Origin: Candidatus Poribacteria bacterium
GTDB taxonomy: Bacteria; Poribacteria; WGA-4E; PCPOR2b
Reading direction: 5' to 3'
DNA length: 64,000 nucleotides
Assembly: GCA_965218095.1 (NCBI GenBank)
Contig: OZ244587.1
Span: 3,328,001 to 3,392,000 of the forward strand
Shown: in pieces, positions 21,284-29,482 of the stretch
Layout of the letters: every line of letters begins with the position of its first letter
Position numbering within the stretch: the first letter of the stretch is position 1
Program-made: the position numbers and the translations under genes
Notes under the pieces: generated by a model
What the model saw: only the letters and a program-made list of their open reading frames with translations
Database searches by the model: none
Told to the model about the DNA's origin: nothing

Positions 21284-22222
21284 TTGAGGAAATACGTTGA
21301 GGTGCTCATCGCGCTAGTCTGCATCATCGGTTATCTGAGGTGTACTCAGGATAAAACGCAGCTTGGTTGGCAGAAGATCGAATCGGGAACAGAGGCGCAC
21401 TTATACGGTGTCCACTTCGTTGACGCCAAACACGGTTGGGCGGTCGGCGCAGACGGTGTGGTTTTAGTCACAGAAGATGGTGGTTTGAAATGGAAGGTGC
21501 AATCACCGAAAAAAGCCATTTCCAAGAATGCACTCAATAAGGTCCACTTCTCTACCCCAACCCACGGTTGGTCAGTCAGTCTCAGGGGACGCATCCACTA
21601 TACAGGAAGCGGCGGCAAATCGTGGACAGAGCAACAGGGTCACACGCAGAGCGGATTACTTGACCTCTATTTTACAAGTCCAACAGAAGGCTGGGCAGTC
21701 GGTGGGAGTGGCATCATCCTCCACACGGATAATGGTGGTGGTTTGTGGAGTCGCCAAGATGCGCCGTCGGCCGGTCACTTGTGGGCTGTTCACTTCGCTG
21801 ACGCGAAGAACGGTTGGGTTGTCGGCAGGGAGGGGAAGATTCTTCACACTGAAAACGGCGGCAAATTCTGGCGTGAACAGCGGAGCAATACCGATCAACC
21901 GCTGCTGGACGTTTATTTCGTTGACCCACAGAACGGCTGGGCTGTTGGGACAAACGGGCAGGTCTTACATACAACGGATGGTGGTGCAAACTGGAGACGG
22001 CAGAAAAGTAACACACAGAAGACCTTGCGTGGCGTTGCATTCCCAGGCGCCGAGCAGGGCTGGGCAATCGGCGAAGATGGATTAATCTTGCATACAACCG
22101 ACGGTGGGCAAACGTGGATGCCCCAACCGAGTGGATCAGAAGAACACCTTCTGGACATCTGTCTGTATAAAGATCGCAGTTGGATCGTTGGGGCAAAAGG
22201 CACAATTCTACGTCTCGGTTAG
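21284..22222 (+). CDS. YCF48-related beta-propeller, exported
   Basis: 7 repeats of LxxVxFxxxxxGWAVGxxGxILHTxDGGxxW. Confidence 0.9.
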   Translation: MRKYVEVLIALVCIIGYLRCTQDKTQLGWQKIESGTEAHLYGVHFVDAKHGWAVGADGVVLVTEDGGLKWKVQSPKKAISKNALNKVHFSTPTHGWSVSLRGRIHYTGSGGKSWTEQQGHTQSGLLDLYFTSPTEGWAVGGSGIILHTDNGGGLWSRQDAPSAGHLWAVHFADAKNGWVVGREGKILHTENGGKFWREQRSNTDQPLLDVYFVDPQNGWAVGTNGQVLHTTDGGANWRRQKSNTQKTLRGVAFPGAEQGWAIGEDGLILHTTDGGQTWMPQPSGSEEHLLDICLYKDRSWIVGAKGTILRLG

Positions 22223-22383
22223 TTTTCCAAAACCGGTCAGAAAAAGCCGCCACTTTGAAGTTTTTGAGCCTTACCGGAGACAAATATAGCGTATGGCGGG
22301 GTACGGAGTTTGCCCGATATGGTGCAATTCCGATATCTAGGAACTGACCAGAATGTGCTAAAAATGTAATCGAAATTGCATTT

Positions 22384-22429
22384 GGCGTCATTCTGGCTGC
22401 ACCGTAGGCGTCATTCTGGCTGCACCGTA
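22384..22429. repeat. Perfect 23-bp tandem duplication
   Basis: ggcgtcattctggctgcaccgta x2. Confidence 0.9.
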
Positions 22430-22676
22430 ATAGATGAATAATGAGCTTCTTCTTTTGCACAGAATGCGGCATAGAAGTTGCTTTAGCTTCAGCCGTATCC
22501 AATTGACCGGAGAAGCTCTCGAAGCCCTGTGATAAAATTGGCAGGCGTTATCGTCGTACTTGACGGGCTCTGGGTTGGGTGCCCCTTCGTGATTGTCAAA
22601 AGCTAAAAAGGGGAAAGCGTCACGAAACGCCGTTACGCATTACGTTTTACGCATCACGCATGAGGAGGTATATGAT

Positions 22677-23231
22677 ATGTGTTGGAGACAGATTCGCGTG
22701 TTAAGTCTGATCCTCTGTTTTCTGGTAGTTTTGGGCTGTTCAGACGACGACGGTGACGAGATAATAGAGATTGATGAGCCAACAGTTGACAATACAACAC
22801 CCCCCGATGCAAATGAAGATTCTTCGTTACCGCTCGCGCCCAACTTTACGTTACCAGATACAGAGCTTGAGGAGGTCAGCCTCTCAGACTACGAAGGCAA
22901 GGTCGTCCTTTTAGATTTTTGGGCGACGTATTGTAAACCGTGCGAAGAGGAGATTCCGCTTTTCGTCGAACTCTATGATGAGTATCGGGGGCAAGGGTTT
23001 GAGATGATTGGTATCTCCCTGGATGATGGGCTGGACGTCGTCGATCCCTTTATTCAGAGACTGGGCGTCAACTACACCATTTTACTGGCAGTCCCTGGAC
23101 TTGTTCAGAAATATAACATACCTGGGCTACCTGCTGCGTTCCTTATTAATCGTAGGGGAAGAATTGTGAAAGTATTCGATGGCGAACAAGAAAAAGCAAC
23201 CTATGAAAGTGAGTTGAAGAAATGGCTATAA
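22677..23231 (+). CDS. TlpA/ResA-like thiol-disulfide reductase lipoprotein
   Basis: Lipobox VLGC; APNFTL, LDFWATYCKPC, GLP; RBS gaggagg. Confidence 0.9.
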   Translation: MCWRQIRVLSLILCFLVVLGCSDDDGDEIIEIDEPTVDNTTPPDANEDSSLPLAPNFTLPDTELEEVSLSDYEGKVVLLDFWATYCKPCEEEIPLFVELYDEYRGQGFEMIGISLDDGLDVVDPFIQRLGVNYTILLAVPGLVQKYNIPGLPAAFLINRRGRIVKVFDGEQEKATYESELKKWL

Positions 23232-24415
23232 GGAATAAACCGATTTATCAAGCTTTGGCACTGATCTTCCTGGGAGCTGCGCTGATTGTGTGGTCCGGTT
23301 GTGGCAGTGACGATAATCCTATAGTAACAGAAGATACACTAGACGACGATTCGACCCCTACAATCGATGATCCGACTCCCGTAGTCTTGACCGGTAGCCT
23401 GAAAGGGCAAGTGGAAACCATTGAAGGCGTACCGATTAACATCCAGGTCCTGCAAAATGGCAAAGTGATCGCCTCCACCCAAACCAATGCCGATGGAAAT
23501 TACCAAATCGATAGCGTTGAACCGGGAACTTACACCGTTCAAATCACAGCGAAAGGCTATCGAGCCGCCGACCTGACCGTACAAGTTATCGCTGATCAGG
23601 TTAAGCCACTTGATAAGGTGGCGCTTGAGGCATTAGAAATTCCTGTTTCTCACATTCGAGGACGCTTATCAGACCAAGCGACGAAGAAACCCCTTGACCG
23701 GGTTCGTGTTCAACTTATCGATGACGCGGGCAATATCCGTGAGGCGCTGACAAAGGCAACAGGCGTCTTTGAATTTGAAAATGTCCCCGCAAATCAGCCA
23801 TTCACCGTACTGATCGATCACGATGGATACGAGCAGCAGGAAATTAAAATCGATCCAGTCCCGGCCGCTGAAGCCGCAAAGATCACAAACGAACTTGTGC
23901 CAGTTCAGCAAGGGGAACAACCCCCGGTCGGTGAGGGTCTGGCAATCGGCGCGAAAGCGCCAGATTTTCGTCTGCCCGATGGGGATGGGAAGATTCACGC
24001 CCTCGCCGATTATGCGGTGGAAAAAAAGATTGTGCTGGTGTTTTATCGAGGGATCTGGTGACCGCATTGCATCAATCAACTCGGAGAGTTGCAGAAAAAC
24101 TATAAAAGGATTCGAGCAGAAGGGGCGGAAGTTATCGCGATTAGTTCGGATACACAGGCGGAGACGAGACGGACTATTGAGAAGGTCGAAAGGCGCTTTG
24201 GTGCCGAAATACGGTTTCCTGTGCTTTCCGATGCGGAGACACAGACCATCGCCGCCTATAATGTAACCGATCCCCTCAATCACCGGCTTGCACGTCCGGT
24301 GACCTACATCATCAATGAGAGCGGGACGATTCGGTGGAAGTTCCTTGATGTGCGGGTCGGCAATCGGATAGCGCCCGACAAGGTTATTGATAAGTTGAAA
24401 AAATTTAATAAGTAA
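23222..24415 (+). CDS. Selenoprotein: lipoprotein with two carboxypeptidase-regulatory-like domains plus an AhpC/TSA (Prx-like) domain, UGA at 24059-24061
   Basis: ORFs 23222-24061 and 24089-24415 are in frame and read VLVFYRGIW-TGA-PHCINQLGELQ (UxxC). Lipobox WSGC. 397 aa in total. Confidence 0.9.
24077..24091 (+). promoter_or_regulatory. Candidate bacterial SECIS hairpin
   Basis: CAACTC-GGA-GAGTTG; G-initiated loop 21 nt after the UGA. Confidence 0.7.
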
Positions 24416-24431
24416 AGGTGACAAACGAGCT

Positions 24432-24653
24432 TTGCTCGCCACTTTCAAATGTCCAATCTTCCATGTAGAGATGTATGAAAATTTCCGTATTGCCGCATTG
24501 GATATTGATCTTCTTAAAGTTGCAGCGAACATTGGTGGTAACTTGGAAATGCACGATAAACTGATTGTAGCGACCGCGCTTTATTTTGATGCGCCTCTGA
24601 TTACCAGGGACGGAAAAATCACTCAAAGTGAAATCGTAAGCACTGTTTGGTAG
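24432..24653 (+). pseudogene. C-terminal half of a PIN/VapC domain
   Basis: EMHDKLIVATALYFDAPLITRDGKI; N-terminal half absent. Confidence 0.75.
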
Positions 24654-24673
24654 CGTTAGAATTAACCAATCCA

Positions 24674-25855
24674 ATGGCAAGAACAACATCTTCAGTTAAT
24701 CAACCCGTATCAGATCCAATTGTGGAACAAATTCGAGCGGATTGCGATCAGATTTCACACATCAAAGCAACCGAGCCCCGATCGGTGAGTCGGCGGCGTT
24801 TTTTGCGTCAAACATCGCAAGGCGTGATTGGGGCGGGATTTGCCCTGGGGAGCCTATACTCAGCGACAAACAACGCTTTCGCTCAATTGGGTACGCCGCG
24901 CGGCACACTTCCAGAAGATCAGCTTCAAGATCAAGGGACGCCCGTGGTCGAAGCCACAAGTGAAAAGGCCTGGGAGGGTGATATACTCAATGAGCAGGTC
25001 GTCAGTGAGATGATCGATCGCGCGATAATGAAACTGACGGGACTCGACTCGGCGAAGGAGGCGTGGAAGGATTTTGTCCTGCCCAACGACATTGTCGGGA
25101 TTAAGATAAATCCCATCGGTGGGAAGCTGTTGAGTACGCATCGAATCATCGTCGATAAGATCGTCGATGGATTATACGGGGCGGGCGTCCTCAAAAATCA
25201 GATCATCATCTGGGATCGGTTTGAATCCCACCTGATTAACGCAGGTTACGAGATTAATCAAAGCGATCAAGGGGTGCGTTGCTTCGCATCGGACAGTCAA
25301 GGCGTTGGCTACGACGACGAAGTTTACTATGAAACCGAAAAGGATGTCGAGGTGCGCCGTGAGAACGAGAGCATCAGATCTCAATATACGAAGATACTCA
25401 CTCAAGAGGTGACGGCGATCATCAACGTTCCGGTGATGAAACATCACGGGATCACCGGCGTTAGCGGATGCCTGAAAAACCTTGCCTTTGGCAGCGTCGA
25501 TAACACCCGCCGCTTCCACTCAAATCCCCTGAATTGCAATCCTGCTATTGGCGACATTTTCGCGCACGCTATCCTGAAAGATAAAGTTGCTCTGAATGTC
25601 GTTGATGGGTTGCTCGCTTCGTTTGATGGTGGCCCCACATATGACCCCGATGGGGTGTGGAAGTATGGCGGCATCCTCATGAGTGTGGATCCAGTGGTGT
25701 TGGATCAGATCATTCTTCAAACGATTGAAGAGAAACGGAAGGAGCTCAAATTAGGGTCAATCACTCGATTGGAGAAATATATCCGCTCATCGTTCCAGCT
25801 AGGACTTGGCACGAATAACCTCGACGAAATCGATTATCGAGAAGTGAAGGTGTAG
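24674..25855 (+). CDS. Tat-exported DUF362 domain protein
   Basis: SRRRFLRQ twin-arginine motif; VGIKINP, NVPVMKHH, SGCLKNLAFG. Start uncertain. Confidence 0.85.
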   Translation: MARTTSSVNQPVSDPIVEQIRADCDQISHIKATEPRSVSRRRFLRQTSQGVIGAGFALGSLYSATNNAFAQLGTPRGTLPEDQLQDQGTPVVEATSEKAWEGDILNEQVVSEMIDRAIMKLTGLDSAKEAWKDFVLPNDIVGIKINPIGGKLLSTHRIIVDKIVDGLYGAGVLKNQIIIWDRFESHLINAGYEINQSDQGVRCFASDSQGVGYDDEVYYETEKDVEVRRENESIRSQYTKILTQEVTAIINVPVMKHHGITGVSGCLKNLAFGSVDNTRRFHSNPLNCNPAIGDIFAHAILKDKVALNVVDGLLASFDGGPTYDPDGVWKYGGILMSVDPVVLDQIILQTIEEKRKELKLGSITRLEKYIRSSFQLGLGTNNLDEIDYREVKV

Positions 25856-26047
25856 AAGGATGGAAGAAAAGTGAAGTCGATGGAAGAATGGAAGGAAGGG
25901 AAGAAAGGAAGGATGGAGGGATTCATTTCACATTTTACGTTTCACAGCTCCGTTCCGAGAGTCCGAGAATCGGAGTCTGTTACGCGAGACTAGGCTCTGC
26001 CCCGATCTATTGGGGTTTCACGCATCACGCAAGAGGAGGTCAGCCTC

Positions 26048-26287
26048 ATGAAGAGATTTTGGTTGGGCTGCATAGTTTTGGGGATACTTTTGGCATTAAT
26101 CAGTTTTTCCGGCTGCGTTACCACTTTTACACCGAGTGGACAACTTCAGCTTGGACTGTCTGCGTCGGCAAATGAAACGGCTGAAGTGCTTACGGACTTT
26201 GAAGCCAGCGAAGATAGAGCCATCGCGGGCGACGTCACCAAAAAGGCGGGCAGCAGTTGCGCGGGTGGCGTCTGCACAATCTACTAA
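26048..26287 (+). CDS. Small lipoprotein with C-terminal CAGGVC motif
   Basis: RBS gaggagg; signal peptide with lipobox FSGC; ends KKAGSSCAGGVCTIY. Confidence 0.75.
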   Translation: MKRFWLGCIVLGILLALISFSGCVTTFTPSGQLQLGLSASANETAEVLTDFEASEDRAIAGDVTKKAGSSCAGGVCTIY

Positions 26288-26294
26288 CAAGTGA

Positions 26295-26745
26295 TCTAAC
26301 TTTCGGCTTGCCCCCCCCCGGCCCCCCAATTCCCCGATGGATCGGGGCAGGCTTCAGGAATTTTGGCGATTCTCCCTTGCCCCCAAGGTTTCAGGGGCGG
26401 ATAGGCAATGCAAAACGCTCGGTGATGAACTCACCGAGCTACAGAACGGTGCCCGATAAAATCGGGCTAGAACCGAATCCGAGGTCTGATTCATCGGACG
26501 CCGCCTTGTAGCCTCCGATGGATCGGAGCAGAGCCTGCCCTCACGTAGCGGGGCTCTGCGATTTATCGCGGGGCGCCAATGCCCGTCATCACTCGTTTTT
26601 CCAACAAGGTGTCCGCCCCTGAACCCCCAAGGTTGGGGGATTAAGAAGGGCTGGGCAATTTACCAAAGTCAAACTAAAATTACCGATTCTAATTCATTGG
26701 GGCACGGTACGCTGCAAATTCGTTTTGCGGGCTGTGCCCCTATTT
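26295..26745. repeat. Nested MITE/REP-like palindromes
   Basis: ttcaggggcgga/tccgcccctgaa arms; several CCGAT-N2/3-ATCGG palindromes; ggggcac..gtgcccc. Confidence 0.7.
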
Positions 26746-26765
26746 CGTGAACAAGGAGAGCGCAA

Positions 26766-27989
26766 TTGCAACGACAGTCTCATCAATTACGACTCAAATC
26801 CCTCCTCTGGATCTACGCCATACTCTTTTTGTTGGTGAATGCGCCAATCACACCCGCCCAGCTCCAACGCCAATATGGTCGGGAGTTATTTCAACAGGAG
26901 GCGGAAGAACCAGCAGCCTTTGAATCTGATCTGACAATCGATTATCAGGCGAGCAACGTCTTTAATGATCACGTCGAATTTGGACTGAGTATTGATCCGA
27001 GTACAAGCAGCCTTGCCGGACGTGAAGACCCTCAACTTCAAGGCGTAATCAATCTTGCTGGCGTCAACTTTCAGGGAACTTTACCCCTTGGGAGACATTT
27101 CGGACTCAAGCTGCAATACTATCCGCAATTTGAAAATTATATCGGTGAAGATGGTCAACTCAACGAATTCGATGCGTTCACAGATCTCTTTTTGACAGAA
27201 CTCAGTTTTCGGCCAACGCTTCAACTGCCTGCCTTGACCGTATCACACCAGCTTCAGCGATTAGATCGGAAAGACGATGCTTTCGACAGCCTTCAACGTC
27301 AAATCGGTGTCCGCTTCGGCAGGCTAGTGGAGTATAATCTGCGCCTCCTGCGTTTCGATGACGATCAGACGCGGCGTGAAGATTTTCTACTCGTTGGCGC
27401 GACGAGCCACCAGGGACGCGCCCGGATACAGTTGGGGGTTCTAAAGAACGTGTTGGGGAAGTTGGAGTATTCAATCGAGCGGGAGAACTATAAGGATAAC
27501 CTGAATAACCTTGTGCTGGGTATCGCTGGGATAGAGCCGGAAGAATCTCGAACTGATGTGCGAAACTTTGCATCTGCGAAACTGATTGAAATCCCCACCA
27601 GTCGGCTTGTCTTGCAGCAGGAATTCAATCTGTTTCTAAACAGTTCAAATGTCGATTTCTATGACTTTTCCACGATTGAGGCGGCGGTCGGTACGTTTTA
27701 CAAAATCAACGGTGAGAGTTGGGCGCGTCTGCGGTTATCACGTTTGGATATAATTTTCGATGGACGCCGGGTGCGAGGTGTAGACGGCTTTGTTGATGCA
27801 AACGCGAAGAAGCGAAAGGATAATCAGTTCGGCTTAAAATTCCGGCTTAACTGGCAGTTCCGCAATTTCCTGACACTTTTTGCGGATTATCAACTCACGA
27901 CAAACGACACCAATGAAGAGAATGAAATCTTTGACTTTTTGAATTACACCAACAACATTGCGTCGCTGACTATCCAGGCGACCTATTAG
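26766..27989 (+). CDS. Putative outer-membrane beta-barrel protein
   Basis: Signal peptide, alternating amphipathic strands, C-terminal LTIQATY. Confidence 0.7.
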   Translation: MQRQSHQLRLKSLLWIYAILFLLVNAPITPAQLQRQYGRELFQQEAEEPAAFESDLTIDYQASNVFNDHVEFGLSIDPSTSSLAGREDPQLQGVINLAGVNFQGTLPLGRHFGLKLQYYPQFENYIGEDGQLNEFDAFTDLFLTELSFRPTLQLPALTVSHQLQRLDRKDDAFDSLQRQIGVRFGRLVEYNLRLLRFDDDQTRREDFLLVGATSHQGRARIQLGVLKNVLGKLEYSIERENYKDNLNNLVLGIAGIEPEESRTDVRNFASAKLIEIPTSRLVLQQEFNLFLNSSNVDFYDFSTIEAAVGTFYKINGESWARLRLSRLDIIFDGRRVRGVDGFVDANAKKRKDNQFGLKFRLNWQFRNFLTLFADYQLTTNDTNEENEIFDFLNYTNNIASLTIQATY

Positions 27990-28082
27990 AGCACGTCAGT
28001 CTCATTGAATAGGAAAATGTTGTCCTTTACGGAGAATACTTCATCGACCAAAACATTGACGAATTTTGAGGAAGGCAGGTAA

Positions 28083-28955
28083 ATGACGGACTTCACTACA
28101 ACCCTTAGCCAGATTAAGACACTGCTGGGAATCGCTGTTTTGCTGATTCTCTGGTGTTTAGAAACTTGGCTGCCTTTATTCGGAGCGCACCGGATGAATC
28201 GTCTGAGGCACGCCGGACGGAATCTAGCGATTACAGGATTCAACACCGTGACCGTTGGGCTGATGTTTTCCAGCCTCATTGCGGTGGTTGCCACTTGGAG
28301 CGGAAACCAAAAAGCCGGATTACTGCACCTTTTAGGCTGGCCTCTTTGGATAGAAACGCCGATCGCGATTCTTTTGTTTGATGGCTGGATGTATCTCTGG
28401 CACCGCGCTAACCACGTCATTCCGTTCCTCTGGCGATTTCATCGCATGCACCATACCGACTATGAAATGGATGTCACGACCGCAACACGATTTCACACCG
28501 GTGAACTCATCCTCTCGTCAGTCTTGAGACTGGTGCTCATTCCACTGTTGGGCCTCAATCTGTGGCAGGTCGTTCTGTATGAGGTGATTCTGCTGCCGGT
28601 GATCCAATTCCATCACAGCAATGTCAACTTGCCAGAAAGGTGGGATCGGTGTCTGAGGGCGCTGATCGTTTCTCCCAACATGCACCGGGTTCACCACTCG
28701 TGTTTTCAACCGGAAACGGACTCTAACTTTTCGAGTATCTTTTCGGTTTGGGATCGATTGGCGCACACGTTTCGCTGGCGGGAGGACGCGAGGACAATCG
28801 AGTTGGGATTGTCCGAGTTTGGCGACTCGCAATGGCAAACAATTTGGGGCATGCTGAAAACTCCCTTTCTGACACCGAAGAAGATAGTCAATAGACAGAA
28901 CGGGTTACCGTTCACGACACAGAGCAACCCCTTATCTCATGAGGAGAAATTGTAA
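28083..28955 (+). CDS. Sterol desaturase / fatty acid hydroxylase family
   Basis: His boxes YLWHRANH, FHRMHH, FHHSN, HRVHH. Confidence 0.92.
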   Translation: MTDFTTTLSQIKTLLGIAVLLILWCLETWLPLFGAHRMNRLRHAGRNLAITGFNTVTVGLMFSSLIAVVATWSGNQKAGLLHLLGWPLWIETPIAILLFDGWMYLWHRANHVIPFLWRFHRMHHTDYEMDVTTATRFHTGELILSSVLRLVLIPLLGLNLWQVVLYEVILLPVIQFHHSNVNLPERWDRCLRALIVSPNMHRVHHSCFQPETDSNFSSIFSVWDRLAHTFRWREDARTIELGLSEFGDSQWQTIWGMLKTPFLTPKKIVNRQNGLPFTTQSNPLSHEEKL

Positions 28956-29482
28956 TGGCAGATGAAATTTCTCAAGTAGAGGGGAGGTTGCAACCCCACT
29001 CTACCTTACCAGAACGTATCTCCAACTGTCCAGAAACCCGCTCCGCTCGATGGCGACGGTGGGACTTCTGGTGTTTGGGGACAGGCAGCCTGACCGGGTT
29101 TCTTTTTCTTCGTCCCTGTTTGTCCCTAGAAGCGCTTCAGCAATCTATTGGCAGGGAGAAGGAAAGGGCTCTCTCACAAATCTCAGCTTGGCTTCATCCC
29201 CACTGCTCATTTTTACGTGGATAGAACAACTTTACAACTTGCCTGCTCATGTCATTGCCATTCATTATAGCATACCCTGAAAATACGGGGAATAGAAAAA
29301 TGATAGTTGAGCATAACTACGCAACCGTTCTAATGCCGGGCAGAGCGTGGAAATAAGCAGTGAAAATTTACGAAACTTCAACGGGATAGATACGTTGAGT
29401 TTGGTGAGAGAAGTTCTCAAAACTCCTTGTCAACCAAGTATTGTACAATTGATGAAAATTACCTAGGCGCCAAGCCGCTCGA

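Noticed and set aside
22384-22429. 23-bp direct repeat as a CRISPR remnant
   Set aside because: Two abutting copies, no spacer and no cas genes.
28955-29280. Short ORFs after the desaturase
   Set aside because: Possibly a decayed gene, but no recognisable family.
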